A stretch of 64,000 nucleotides of DNA from Patescibacteria group bacterium (GTDB lineage: Bacteria > Patescibacteriota > Patescibacteriia > Buchananbacterales > UBA6539), in NCBI GenBank assembly GCA_041662625.1, contig JBAZSB010000001.1, forward strand, positions 681,385 through 745,384, written 5' to 3'. Both the position numbers and the translations under genes were made by a program. Positions 10,179 through 20,571 of this stretch are shown in pieces. The first letter of the stretch is position 1; each line of letters opens with the position of its first letter. A model generated the notes under the pieces. The model worked only from the letters and a program-made list of their open reading frames with translations. It searched no databases and was not told where the DNA came from.

Positions 10179-10451
10179 TTCTATCACTGCCAAAACATCC
10201 TCATCCGACAAAATCTTGTATTCAACTTCTTCGACCTTAACTTCTTCACCAGCGTATTTGCCAAAAATTACTTTGTCGCCGACCTTCAAACCTAACTTAG
10301 TGATTTTTTCACCGCTGCCGATAGCCAAAATTTTGCCTTCAGCTTTTTTTTCTTTATCAACAGTATCGGGTAAAATAATACCCGATTTGGTAGTTTCTTC
10401 CTCGGTCAGAGGTTGAACGACGACGCGATTGCCTAATGGTTTAAGTTTCAT
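10176..10451 (-). CDS. groES: Co-chaperonin GroES
   Basis: MKLKPLGNRVVV...TKSGIILPD...KVGDKVIFGKYAG. Confidence 0.98.
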   Translation of the reverse strand: MKLKPLGNRVVVQPLTEEETTKSGIILPDTVDKEKKAEGKILAIGSGEKITKLGLKVGDKVIFGKYAGEEVKVEEVEYKILSDEDVLAVIE

Positions 10452-10486
10452 ATTTTTTGCTAAATTATTAATTATTTAGGACCTAA

Positions 10487-10513
10487 TTAGCACTCTTAAT
10501 ATTAGAGTGCTAA
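10487..10513. promoter_or_regulatory. CIRCE element (HrcA operator)
   Basis: Exact TTAGCACTC-N9-GAGTGCTAA upstream of groES. Confidence 0.95.
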
Positions 10514-10548
10514 CTGTATATATAGGTTAAATTATTTTATAAAAGCTG

Positions 10549-11925
10549 TCAAGAGGTATTAAGGTCTTTATTTCTGAAATTCAACTGCCGTAAATTAAGG
10601 CCTAAAATTAGCCAAAAAATCATCACCCCAAAATAAAACGTCCAGAAATAATGGTCAAACAAACTGATGATTAAAACCGAAATTAGGCAAAGAAAAACAA
10701 TTACTTTTTCTAAATGCTGGGGTGATTGGTCAATTACAATTTTTGTTTTGATTAAATTCCAAAATAATAAACCTAAAATCAAAATAAAAAGTAAGGCGCC
10801 AAGAATTCCTAGTTCGGCTAAAACCAATAAATAAATATTATGAACGGGTTGATAATAATAACCCGGCCAAGAACTATTAACTATTTGGTAGACGCCCAAA
10901 GTGTAATCACCAATTCCTGTCCCCTGCCAAGGATTGGTTTTAATTATTTCCCAAGCCTGCTTGGTAAAAGCAACCCGTAAATAAATTGAAGCAACTTCCA
11001 AATCTTGTTCACCACTAATTCTGGTCAGCAACGGCTGCCAAAGACTTGAACCTAAAACACTATAAATTATCAGGGTGAGGAGCAAAATTTTAAAAAAAGT
11101 GTTTCGCCAAAGATAATAACGGTGATAAACCAACCAAAAAGTTAAAATAGTTAAACTAAAAATTAAAGCCACCCACCCCGAGCGGGAAAAACTGAAAAAT
11201 AAAGCCGGCATAATAGCGATGAGACTAACTAAAACAAAGATTCGTTGGCCTTGTTTTTTGGCAATCAAAGCTAAATAAAGTAAAAGCAATATGCCAACCA
11301 CCAAAAACCCCGCTAAAATATTAGGATGGGGTAAGCTCCCATAAGCCCTAAGCCACCGTTCACTGTTAGTCTGTAGAATAATTGCTCCGCCCAAAGTGGA
11401 GAAATGTTCGGCCAGACCTAACCATTTATTTGCAAAAACATACTGGGTAAAAAACTGCCAAATGGCAAAAATACCCTGTATGGCAGCTGAACTGACCCAG
11501 ACCACAGCAATTTTTTCCAGTTTAAAACCAAAAACTAAGACTAGTGAAAGCAAAGCCATGGCTTCAAGTAGCGTAAACCACCGGATGTAGGCCAGCTGAG
11601 CATCAAGTGACCAAATTATTGAAACTCCGGCCAGTCCCAAAAATAAAACTAAAAGCCAATAGATTGAAACTGCGGGCTTCGTTAAACGAATTAAGATTTT
11701 ATCAAATTCGAATTTTGGTAAATGACGATTTTTGATCAACCAAAAACCATAAAGTAATAAAATCAGCCATAATAAAATTTCTGTCCCATAAAGACTAAAG
11801 CGTCCATATTCCCAAACAAAACCATTCAAATAAGTCTCATGCCAGATTAATCTAGTCTGCCAGGGTAGTAAAAATAAAAAGAGGTAAAAACCAAATTCAA
11901 TTATCTTTTTTAGTTTGTCCATCAA
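10549..11925 (-). CDS. O-antigen ligase family membrane protein
   Basis: RAYGSLPHPNILAG, SFSRSGW, PVHNIYLLVLAELG; multi-TM. Confidence 0.9.
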   Translation of the reverse strand: MMDKLKKIIEFGFYLFLFLLPWQTRLIWHETYLNGFVWEYGRFSLYGTEILLWLILLLYGFWLIKNRHLPKFEFDKILIRLTKPAVSIYWLLVLFLGLAGVSIIWSLDAQLAYIRWFTLLEAMALLSLVLVFGFKLEKIAVVWVSSAAIQGIFAIWQFFTQYVFANKWLGLAEHFSTLGGAIILQTNSERWLRAYGSLPHPNILAGFLVVGILLLLYLALIAKKQGQRIFVLVSLIAIMPALFFSFSRSGWVALIFSLTILTFWLVYHRYYLWRNTFFKILLLTLIIYSVLGSSLWQPLLTRISGEQDLEVASIYLRVAFTKQAWEIIKTNPWQGTGIGDYTLGVYQIVNSSWPGYYYQPVHNIYLLVLAELGILGALLFILILGLLFWNLIKTKIVIDQSPQHLEKVIVFLCLISVLIISLFDHYFWTFYFGVMIFWLILGLNLRQLNFRNKDLNTS

Positions 11926-12532
11926 TTCTTTGGATAAATTTAGGTCGTTCCAGATAAAAATGAATAACCACCGTGGCTAAAATTGCCCCGATTGTATTAA
12001 AAAGTAGGTCTAAGGCATTATTAAAATAACCACCAACTTTTTCCGCCACCCCAAAAGCAACAACCGCAAATAGCTCAACTAATTCATTTATTGCCCCTAA
12101 ACCAATAGCCATTAAAACCAAAATTAAAGCAAAAATCGGATAGTTCTGACGGATTCGCTCATCAACAAAATCAAACAATAAACTATAAAGAGTCAAAGTG
12201 GCAATAAAGGTGGCATAGGTATGAATAAAATTATCATAACGGATTATTCCCGAAATCAGATAAAAATCATACAATCTAACAGAGCCCAAATAAAAATTTC
12301 CGCCTAAAAGATGCAAAAAACCTAAAATTGATAAATTAAACAAAATAAAAAATCCTAAATGCAATTTTTTAGTCAAAGTGATCACTAAATAAATTATTAC
12401 TACCATTAAAACGGTGTAATACAAAAATTCAAAATTAGCCCAAATGATGGCATTAACTGTGAAAGCAATCAAATAAGCAACGGTGAAAATTAAAATTAAA
12501 TAATTTTTCCTTTGAAATAAAAAATCAATCAT
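11897..12532 (-). CDS. DUF2238-like membrane protein
   Basis: YDNFIH...GAINELVE...DLLFNTIGA motif. Confidence 0.7.
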   Translation of the reverse strand: MIDFLFQRKNYLILIFTVAYLIAFTVNAIIWANFEFLYYTVLMVVIIYLVITLTKKLHLGFFILFNLSILGFLHLLGGNFYLGSVRLYDFYLISGIIRYDNFIHTYATFIATLTLYSLLFDFVDERIRQNYPIFALILVLMAIGLGAINELVELFAVVAFGVAEKVGGYFNNALDLLFNTIGAILATVVIHFYLERPKFIQRIDGQTKKDN

Positions 12533-13494
12533 AAAATTCCTAAACTATTTAATCTGGCCTGCCATAAATCGTGATAATATTGCCGCCGATCAGTTTTATG
12601 AAATTTTAACATCGAAGAACTAATAACAACATTGGTATTGGGCTCATTGGCAACTTCGCCAAAATAGTGCTTGATTTTTTTGACTTGAACCACTTGCGCT
12701 AATTTCTCTAACCAATTGCCAAAAGAACCGGCTAAAACAGCTCCATCAAAATTTTTCGAAAATTTAATATAGCGATTGTCTTTAATTCGCCGCCGATTAT
12801 TCAAATTTATTAAATAGAAATTAGGCAAATAATCTGTCAGCCAACTGTTGGCCGCAATTAACTCTGAATAAACCGCTGAATCGTCATAGATCGGAGTCAG
12901 GGTCGCAAACCAATAAATTAAATAGGAATCAAGTGGTTTAATCGCAATATCGGATAAATTAAGGTGATCACTAGCAACATAAAAACTGAGACAGATTCCA
13001 TCAATTATTCTTTTATCATGGCGCCTGACCCGTAAAAGCGTGGCGGTTAACGTAATCACTAATCTTGACCACCAAAGCCGGCCTTTTTGAACCACGATAA
13101 AAAAATCAATGTCGCTTTCTTTAGTCCCATTATTATAACCAACGTTATTGCAAATGGCGATCATTTTAACAAAAACTAAATGGCGCAGCCACCAAACAGT
13201 TTTTAGAGCAATTTTGAACTTTTTTTCGGCAATTTGATAACGCTCAAGGCGGGTTTGAATAGTTGATTCCCGACCGACCAAAAAATAAAAACCGAATTTT
13301 ACCTCAACTTTTGCTTTTAACTCATCCCCAGATAAAGCCTGACTGATTTCGAAAAGTGAATAAGGCCGGCTTGGCTGATAAAGCCACTTATAAATTTCCA
13401 CCAAAGTTAAGGGATAATCAAAAATATCAAAATAAGCCACCGTCCTGATAATGGCTTTTTCTAAATCGCTATACTCATCATTTCTCAAGTCCAT
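12529..13494 (-). CDS. Hypothetical protein with nucleotidyltransferase-like motif
   Basis: YFDIFDYPLT N-terminus; ESDIDFFIV (DxD) motif. Confidence 0.65.
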   Translation of the reverse strand: MDLRNDEYSDLEKAIIRTVAYFDIFDYPLTLVEIYKWLYQPSRPYSLFEISQALSGDELKAKVEVKFGFYFLVGRESTIQTRLERYQIAEKKFKIALKTVWWLRHLVFVKMIAICNNVGYNNGTKESDIDFFIVVQKGRLWWSRLVITLTATLLRVRRHDKRIIDGICLSFYVASDHLNLSDIAIKPLDSYLIYWFATLTPIYDDSAVYSELIAANSWLTDYLPNFYLINLNNRRRIKDNRYIKFSKNFDGAVLAGSFGNWLEKLAQVVQVKKIKHYFGEVANEPNTNVVISSSMLKFHKTDRRQYYHDLWQARLNSLGIL

Positions 13495-13533
13495 AGAGAG
13501 AGTTGCTAATTTTTTATAGCAAAAACCAAGGCT

Positions 13534-14583
13534 TTACTCATCATCCTTCGGTTTTTCAATTTGGAGAGGGTCAATCTTACTTTCACCACCAGCAATCCGG
13601 ACAATATCTTTATCAATTTTCTTAAACTCCTTAGAGGCTAAATTATACATCCCAACAGTGGTGCCAAGGTGATTACCAAGTTTCTGATGATAATCTTCAT
13701 AAGCCTTAAGATGATTCTGCAACTTACCGATATTTTTGAGAATTTCCTTCGTTTGCTCTTGAATCTGAAAAGCTTTCAAACCCTGCCAAAGCGACTGCAA
13801 AGTAACATAGAAAGTAGTTGGAGAAACAATATGGACTTTTTTTTGATTAATGGCATAATCAATCAAATCCCGAGTATTAACCTTTATCGCTCCGACCTTA
13901 TTAACCAACAAATCATAAAATATTCCCTCAGCCGGGATAAACATAAAAGCAAAATCCATTGTCCCCTCTTCGGGACGGATATATTTAGCGGTTTCATCAA
14001 TTCTTTTCTTTAAATCATTTTTAAAAGTATTTTCTAATTGTTCATGACGAACAGGATCAGACTCTTCCACAATCCGATTATAATTTTCCAAAGAAAATTT
14101 GGAGTCAATCGGCAAAATTTTCTCGGCCAAGAAAATCACCGCATCAACTATTTCCCCGTCTTTAAATTTATATTGCATTTGATATTGTTGCGGCTGAAAA
14201 GCATTACGAAGTAACATTTCTAATTGATACTCACCAAAAACTCCCCGCTGCTTTGGATTTTTTAAAATATCCTGAAGCCGCTGCAATTGATCGGCAAAGT
14301 TGACTACTTGACGGTTGGTCTCATCTAGTTTAGTTAACCTTTCGGTTACCTCCCGAATAATTTGGGCGCTCTGGCCAAACTGCTGCTGCATAATCTGAGT
14401 TGATTGGCCCAATTTGTTATCTAAAGTTTTATTAACTTCATTAATCTGATTTTGTAACATTAACATTGATTGATCATCTTTTGGCTTAACTGCCAACGCT
14501 TTCATTCTTTTGTCCAAAAAAAAGATAACCGCACCAAAACCAGCAATGATTATGACAACAATAATGATTAATAAAAATTCCAT
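13534..14583 (-). CDS. rmuC: DNA recombination protein RmuC
   Basis: N-terminal TM plus coiled coil, NPKQRGVFGE, PIDSKF, FAFMFIPAEG. Confidence 0.92.
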   Translation of the reverse strand: MEFLLIIIVVIIIAGFGAVIFFLDKRMKALAVKPKDDQSMLMLQNQINEVNKTLDNKLGQSTQIMQQQFGQSAQIIREVTERLTKLDETNRQVVNFADQLQRLQDILKNPKQRGVFGEYQLEMLLRNAFQPQQYQMQYKFKDGEIVDAVIFLAEKILPIDSKFSLENYNRIVEESDPVRHEQLENTFKNDLKKRIDETAKYIRPEEGTMDFAFMFIPAEGIFYDLLVNKVGAIKVNTRDLIDYAINQKKVHIVSPTTFYVTLQSLWQGLKAFQIQEQTKEILKNIGKLQNHLKAYEDYHQKLGNHLGTTVGMYNLASKEFKKIDKDIVRIAGGESKIDPLQIEKPKDDE

Positions 14584-14798
14584 TTTTTCCGTGTTAAATT
14601 TTGAGTTTTAAGTTCTAAATTTGATTTTCAACCTAATAACCTGAAACTTAATTACTTTTTTAATTTACCATATTTGCCGGCTTAAATCAATTGACACTAG
14701 TGGGCTTTCGTGGTATTTTTTAAACTGTTACAAATTAAGCTATCAACTATATTAAAGCCAATTTTAAAAACATTTTAGTTAAGCTTTTAGTTGTCGGT

Positions 14799-16076
14799 TT
14801 GAATAGCTTAGCCTATCTCAAAAAACACTCGCCCAAACTAACGAAATGGTTAGCGAAACCATTAGGAAGAATTGGGCGGTTTTTGCTATGGATTTTAGTT
14901 TTACCAATTTATAAAGTTTATTTGATTATTAAAAAACTAGTCAATAAATTTTATGCTCCCCAAAAAAGCCGCCATAAATTTATCCATCCTTTTTCCCGGC
15001 GTTATTTGACGCACTTAATTATTATCGTGATTTCAATCCTAACGGTAAGCGCTAATCTTAATGCTTATGAAGCGCACCGCGAAGAATTCGGCCAAACTAG
15101 CATTATTTCTGCTCTAGTCACCAATGAAGACTTGGGAACCCTGGAAGAGGAAGGACCAATTAGCAATAATAAAAAAGTCACTCACTATCTGGGCCAAACT
15201 GGTGTAGCGGCTCAGCTTCAGGTTACAGCTGGACAGGAAAATGAAGAGATTGGCCATTCCACCGTGGCAGGCGACAGCGCCATTGTCCGGCCGATTCTTT
15301 CACCAGTTGAAGAAGAATTAAGGCAGCGGGATGAAATTACTTATTATACCGTCCAAAATGGTGATACGATCTCGGAGATTGCGGAAAAATTTGGTGTTAC
15401 CAGTAACACTATTTTATGGGAAAATAATTTAAGTGCTTATAGTGTTATTCGGCCAGGCGACAAATTGACAATTTTACCGACGGCCGGTATCAGACATAAG
15501 GTTGTCAAAGGTGAAACTTTAGCTCAGATTGCCAAAAAATATAAAGTTGAAGCCGACCAAATTCTTGAATTTAATAAAATTGCTTCCGCTGATGATATTT
15601 TAATTGGTGAACAGATAATGATTCCGGGCGGCCAAAAGCCTTATGTCGCTCCAACTTATACTTTCCGCAATTTATATCAGCCGGCACCGAGCGGACCTAA
15701 AGTAGTGGCAACTGGTAAAATGTTTTGGCCAACCAATTGCCACCGAATTACCCAGTACTTCCGTTGGGGTCATTCCGCCCTTGATATCGCTTGCAGCTCA
15801 GGCCAACCAATTTATGCCGCTGATTCAGGCCAAATTATTGAAGCCCAGAGTGGTTGGAATGGCGGTTATGGTAATGTAATAATGATTGACCATGGCAGTA
15901 GTATCCAAACCGTCTATGGCCATCTAAGCAAATTCTACGTTAAAGTCGGGGAAAGCGTTGAAAAAGGTCAAATGATTGGGGCGATGGGTTCAACTGGCCG
16001 CTCAACTGGCCCTCATATTCATTTTGAGGTTAGAGTCAGTGGTGCAAGGAAAAACCCGCTGTATTACGTGAAATAA
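14799..16076 (+). CDS. LysM/M23 peptidoglycan endopeptidase
   Basis: Two LysM repeats (YTVQNGDTISEIA, HKVVKGETLAQIA), HSALDIA, YGHL, GRSTGPHIHFEV. Confidence 0.93.
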   Translation: MNSLAYLKKHSPKLTKWLAKPLGRIGRFLLWILVLPIYKVYLIIKKLVNKFYAPQKSRHKFIHPFSRRYLTHLIIIVISILTVSANLNAYEAHREEFGQTSIISALVTNEDLGTLEEEGPISNNKKVTHYLGQTGVAAQLQVTAGQENEEIGHSTVAGDSAIVRPILSPVEEELRQRDEITYYTVQNGDTISEIAEKFGVTSNTILWENNLSAYSVIRPGDKLTILPTAGIRHKVVKGETLAQIAKKYKVEADQILEFNKIASADDILIGEQIMIPGGQKPYVAPTYTFRNLYQPAPSGPKVVATGKMFWPTNCHRITQYFRWGHSALDIACSSGQPIYAADSGQIIEAQSGWNGGYGNVIMIDHGSSIQTVYGHLSKFYVKVGESVEKGQMIGAMGSTGRSTGPHIHFEVRVSGARKNPLYYVK

Positions 16077-16131
16077 AAAAAATTTCAGTTTGGTCTCCAA
16101 AATTTGATTTGGGATCTCTGAAATTTTTTTT
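16076..16131. terminator. Bidirectional intrinsic terminator
   Basis: aaaaaaatttcag...ctgaaattttttt between convergent genes. Confidence 0.6.
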
Positions 16132-16134
16132 ATT

Positions 16135-16509
16135 TTATGCTTTGATTCCTAAAATCTGATTAATTTTTTCAACAACAGCACTAATTGGAATGTTTGATTT
16201 AACCAAATAACCCACCGCACCAAGTTTTTTTCCACGGGTGATATCTTCTTCCTGACCTAAGTTGGAAAGGACAACAACGGGAATTTTTTTTAACTTTTCA
16301 TCTTTCTTTAATTCAGCTAAGACCTCGAAACCATCTTTTTTAGGCATAATTAAATCCAATAAAATTATATCGGGTTTTTCTGTCTTAACTTTTTGCATCA
16401 CCTCTTCGCCATCATTGGCTAACATTACCTCAAACCCTGATTTTTTTAATTTTGCCGAATAAGCTTTGCTTAAAAATTGATCATCTTCGGCAACTAAAAC
16501 TTTTGCCAT
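16135..16509 (-). CDS. Single-domain response regulator
   Basis: VAEDD...LLDLIMPKKDG...LSNL...YLVK. Confidence 0.92.
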   Translation of the reverse strand: MAKVLVAEDDQFLSKAYSAKLKKSGFEVMLANDGEEVMQKVKTEKPDIILLDLIMPKKDGFEVLAELKKDEKLKKIPVVVLSNLGQEEDITRGKKLGAVGYLVKSNIPISAVVEKINQILGIKA

Positions 16510-16511
16510 AG

Positions 16512-16883
16512 TTATTCTCCTTTCAAAACTTGATTGATTTTATTAATTATTTCTTCCAAAGAATAGCTAGCCTTAATTAGATAATCATGACTCCCTGATT
16601 TCAGCGCTTCGCTTAATTTTTCTTCATTACTAAGGTTAGTTAAAACTATTACTGGCGTGTCACTAGTTTTTCTCAACTCTTTAAGCATCGTTATCCCATC
16701 CATTATTGGCATTATAAGATCAAGCAAAATCAAATCTGGTTTGGTAGTTTTAACTTTTTCTAAACCTTCCTGGCCGTTATAGGCTAAAACTGGGTCAAAC
16801 CCAACTGCACTTAGTTTTTGGCTCAAAACTTCAACCAAAGACCGATCATCATCAATAATCAAAATTTTTTTCTTTTTTGTCAT
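16512..16883 (-). CDS. Single-domain response regulator
   Basis: IIDDD...LLDLIMPIMDG...LTNL...YLIK. Confidence 0.92.
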   Translation of the reverse strand: MTKKKKILIIDDDRSLVEVLSQKLSAVGFDPVLAYNGQEGLEKVKTTKPDLILLDLIMPIMDGITMLKELRKTSDTPVIVLTNLSNEEKLSEALKSGSHDYLIKASYSLEEIINKINQVLKGE

Positions 16884-16898
16884 ATAATTTAAATTAAT

Positions 16899-19370
16899 TT
16901 ACGCGACGGCTTCTAAACTTTTTTCACCTTTAACTCTTTTACTGCCAATTAAAGGCAAAGTAAACCAAAAGGTTGAACCTTTATTTTCCACTGAAGAAAA
17001 ACCAATTTTGCCACCCGAAGCTTCAACCACCGCCTTGGCAACATAAAGCCCAAGTCCGGTGCCTTCAACATCAGTTGACGCTACATTATCCGCCCGGAAA
17101 AACTTTTGGAATATCTGACTTTGCTGTTTTTTAGGAATCCCCAAACCAGTATCTTTCACTGAAAAAACAACTTCTTTGCCTTTGACTTCTATCTTAAAAT
17201 CAATTTGGCCTTTGCTTTTGGTGTATTTGATAGCATTAGAAATTAAATTAGCAATCACCTGATTAATCAGCTTGGGATCGATTTTGATTTTAGGTAAACC
17301 CTTTGGTTTAGAAAACTTAAAATTCAAATTATGAGCTTTAATCGTCGACTTTTGTTCATTAATCACTATTTCACTTAATTTAACCAGATCAGTCGGTTCA
17401 GGCTCAAGCGCCATCCGACCACTTTCGATCCGCGAGACATTAAGTAAACCATTAACTAATTTAATCATCCGCTCATTACTATCAAAAGCCTGCTGCAAAA
17501 AATCTTTTTGTTCTTCGGTAATTTTACCGGTATCCCCGCCTAAAACCATTTCCAAAAACCATTTGATCGCTGAAAGCGGCGTCCGTAATTGGTGTGAGGC
17601 AAGTGAAACAAATTCTGTTTTCATTTTATCAATTTCTCGTTCTTTAGTCACATCTCTGAACACCACCACACAACCAATAGCCTTGCCATTTTTATCCTTC
17701 AAAGGCGCAGCGGAATCAGCTACAGCTAATTTGGTCTTATCTTTTCTGATTAAAACTGTATGATTGGCCATATCTTTGATTCTGCCGGTTCTTATCGCAT
17801 CTTTAATAAACTGATCATTAACTTGTCCGTCTTTTTCAAAAACAAATTTTAAAATTTGATCATACTTTTTACCAATAGCTTCTTTAGTGCTATAACCAGA
17901 AAATTTGGCAGCGATTTCATTATACATAATAATTTCCAAATTTGTATTAACGACGAATACACCATCACCGATACTATGCAAGATGGCATCAATCTTTTCT
18001 TTTTCTAAAGAAACTTTTCCTTTTTCTTCTTCTACATCTTCCAAAATATTCAGGGTTGCCTTTTGCTGATTTTCTAAATCTTTTTGTTTTGTGATAATTT
18101 CCTTAGTTTGTTCTTCAACTTTTTGGTCAACTTCCGCCCGTGACTTCTTTATAGCTAAAACCATTCGATCAAAAGCCCGAGAAAAATCACCAATTTCATC
18201 TTTACCTTTAGTGCCAACTCGATAATCCAAATTACCTTTCTCAATAATTTCTACTCCTCGACGTAGTTTCTTAATTGGCCTAACTAAAGAATTAGCCACA
18301 AATAAACCAATAAAAATAACTATAAACACTGCAATCACAACTGAAAAAGCACTAGCCTGGGTTAATTCATTTAAAGGAGCTAAAACTTCCTTGGTTTCCT
18401 TACTAATAACTAGATACCACCCTAAACCATTAAAATCCCGGTAACCGCCAGCTTGAGCATAATTGAATAATTTTTCCGCTTCCCCCTCTTGGTCAATAAA
18501 AAATGCCATGCGATTTTTTGCCGCCGACTGTAAGCTGCTTAATAGATAGCTCTTATCACTTAAGCTGCCAAAACCGTCCTTGAGGGAATAAATTAAGTTT
18601 CCCTCTTTAGTTAATAAATAAACCTCTAGAGTTTCGCGAGGGATATTGAGATTATAAATTCTTTTTATCCCCTCTGGTTCTTTAATTTCCTTGATAACAT
18701 CAAAAATGTCTTCTACATTATAAATCACCTTTGTTACCCCTAAAAAATTACCATTTTGATCATCAACCCTGATACAGAGTTCCAAAGCATAAATGCCGCT
18801 ACTATCATCATAAATAATATCACTAGTCCATAACCTTTCCGCTTTGGTTTTCTGCCACCATTCTTCGTCAGCTTGATAATAATCAGTTGTCTTTCTGGTT
18901 TGGGCAACATTAACGCCATACTTATTGGTCACGATAATTTCTGGAAAAATATCATAACCATATTTATTTTGATAAAATTCTGTCCTGAGGCGCAAACTTT
19001 CTGACAATGAATTATCAATAATTGACCGCATAAAGGGAGTAATTTCATCTTTTTCCGTCTTTTGCCAAAGATCACCTTGATTTTTAATATAAGCTTCCCG
19101 ATTTTCTAAAACATCAAATTCCTGATTTGAAACGTTCAAAGAATCAATAAGATCTTTATTGCTTTTAGTATAAGACTCCCAGCGCTCCAGGCGACGATAT
19201 ATGCTCCTATCTATCGAACCAATATTGGCTTCTGCTAAAAGCGCATTGTAATTACCAATAGTAGTAATTAAAATATTCTTTGCCAGAAAATAAGTGACAA
19301 AAAATCCAATCGCTCCGCCAATAAACGATAGGGTGATAAAAATTAAAATTATTTTTGGCCTGATTCTCAT
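16899..19370 (-). CDS. Sensor histidine kinase (Cache-HAMP-PAS-HisKA-HATPase)
   Basis: Two TMs, HAMP (DEIGDFSRAFDRM), PAS, SHQLRTPL, NLISNAIKY, DTGLGI, GTGLGL. Confidence 0.95.
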   Translation of the reverse strand: MRIRPKIILIFITLSFIGGAIGFFVTYFLAKNILITTIGNYNALLAEANIGSIDRSIYRRLERWESYTKSNKDLIDSLNVSNQEFDVLENREAYIKNQGDLWQKTEKDEITPFMRSIIDNSLSESLRLRTEFYQNKYGYDIFPEIIVTNKYGVNVAQTRKTTDYYQADEEWWQKTKAERLWTSDIIYDDSSGIYALELCIRVDDQNGNFLGVTKVIYNVEDIFDVIKEIKEPEGIKRIYNLNIPRETLEVYLLTKEGNLIYSLKDGFGSLSDKSYLLSSLQSAAKNRMAFFIDQEGEAEKLFNYAQAGGYRDFNGLGWYLVISKETKEVLAPLNELTQASAFSVVIAVFIVIFIGLFVANSLVRPIKKLRRGVEIIEKGNLDYRVGTKGKDEIGDFSRAFDRMVLAIKKSRAEVDQKVEEQTKEIITKQKDLENQQKATLNILEDVEEEKGKVSLEKEKIDAILHSIGDGVFVVNTNLEIIMYNEIAAKFSGYSTKEAIGKKYDQILKFVFEKDGQVNDQFIKDAIRTGRIKDMANHTVLIRKDKTKLAVADSAAPLKDKNGKAIGCVVVFRDVTKEREIDKMKTEFVSLASHQLRTPLSAIKWFLEMVLGGDTGKITEEQKDFLQQAFDSNERMIKLVNGLLNVSRIESGRMALEPEPTDLVKLSEIVINEQKSTIKAHNLNFKFSKPKGLPKIKIDPKLINQVIANLISNAIKYTKSKGQIDFKIEVKGKEVVFSVKDTGLGIPKKQQSQIFQKFFRADNVASTDVEGTGLGLYVAKAVVEASGGKIGFSSVENKGSTFWFTLPLIGSKRVKGEKSLEAVA

Positions 19371-19426
19371 TCTTTTCTTTTAATTTCTTAGTAATTCTTT
19401 GGTAATGTAAACTTAAAATTTATTAA

Positions 19427-19621
19427 CTATTCTACCAATCTTTGAAGTTCTTTGGTAATTTCCATATGACGAATTTCATCATCTCTTATACTGCTGATTA
19501 TTTCAATTTCTTTCTTATCTTTAAGAATTCTTAAATACTCATCATAAATTTCCTTGGCTTGTTTCTCCAAGCAGTACAGATCTTTAAACATTTTAATTAA
19601 AACTTTATCGTCTTTTGCCAT
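19427..19621 (-). CDS. Small ferritin/rubrerythrin-like half-bundle protein
   Basis: LEKQAKEIY...DDEIRH (E...ExxH helix pair). Confidence 0.65.
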   Translation of the reverse strand: MAKDDKVLIKMFKDLYCLEKQAKEIYDEYLRILKDKKEIEIISSIRDDEIRHMEITKELQRLVE

Positions 19622-20384
19622 TTTCGTAGCTAATTAATTCTTTTAATTTATCTTCATGTTTAGTACTATCATTAATGAGCAACCGAAGTAATTTTTTTAT
19701 TTTCCTTTTCCGTAGAATTCCTAAATTAAAATCTTCAATTTGCCCTAAATAATTACTCCCCAAACTTTTGATTACACTTTCTTCCAAATCCACTGCTTCT
19801 TGAAATTTTTGCGCCCAGCTGGATTTTGATGCCACAACTGATTTCCCCGCTTCTAATTGCTTAATTCTTTCTTTTAACTCAACCATCTTCAATTCCCGAC
19901 CAACCATTAATTTGTTCAATCTTTCCAGATCATTAATTTTTTCTTTCAAGGCTTGCTCCGCCTTTTTTTGCTCGGTAATATCTCTAACTGTTGCCTGCAA
20001 AATATCTCTGCCATCTAGAATCATTTTGGTTAAAGAAACTACGGCTGGAAATTCATTGCCTTTATATTTTTTATGAACCCACTCAAAATAATTACTGCCT
20101 TCCTCGAACGCTTTCTCAATCATTTTTTTGGCTTTTTCGGTTGATAACTGACCATCAGGCTGATATTTGGGTGACAAATCTCCTGGTCCCAAAGAGATAA
20201 ATTGTTTTTCATCTTTGACACCAAACATTCTAATCGTCGCCGGATTGCCCGAGGCAAAAGACCAATTAGGCGGCTCTAAAACCATAACGGCATCCAATGA
20301 ACCTTCAAGTAGAATTCGAGATCTTTTTTCGCTGGCCTTAATTTCTGCTGCGGTTATTTGATGATTTTGTTTTCTAATTAGCAT
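19605..20384 (-). CDS. PAS domain protein with C-terminal ferritin-like helix pair
   Basis: PAS (NPATIRMFG, LSPKYQPDG, VRDITEQK), coiled coil GRELKMVELK, tail LEESV...DSTKH. Confidence 0.75.
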   Translation of the reverse strand: MLIRKQNHQITAAEIKASEKRSRILLEGSLDAVMVLEPPNWSFASGNPATIRMFGVKDEKQFISLGPGDLSPKYQPDGQLSTEKAKKMIEKAFEEGSNYFEWVHKKYKGNEFPAVVSLTKMILDGRDILQATVRDITEQKKAEQALKEKINDLERLNKLMVGRELKMVELKERIKQLEAGKSVVASKSSWAQKFQEAVDLEESVIKSLGSNYLGQIEDFNLGILRKRKIKKLLRLLINDSTKHEDKLKELISYENGKRR

Positions 20385-20571
20385 AATCTAACCTTAATAA
20401 AAAAATCCCCCCTAAATTAATTTAAGCGAGTAAAATTTGATGAATGATAAAGGCATAATTCTGTTTTATATCTTTATATTATAACATATTTCGCCTAATT
20501 GTCACAAATTACAAAAGCCGAGGCACCAATACCTCAGCTTTGCTAAGTGATATATTTACATACTACAAAAA

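Noticed and set aside
8420-10416. Antisense ORFs over groEL/groES (and similar ones over pnp, copA, the helicase and macB)
   Set aside because: Shadow frames of strongly conserved genes, with no independent motifs.
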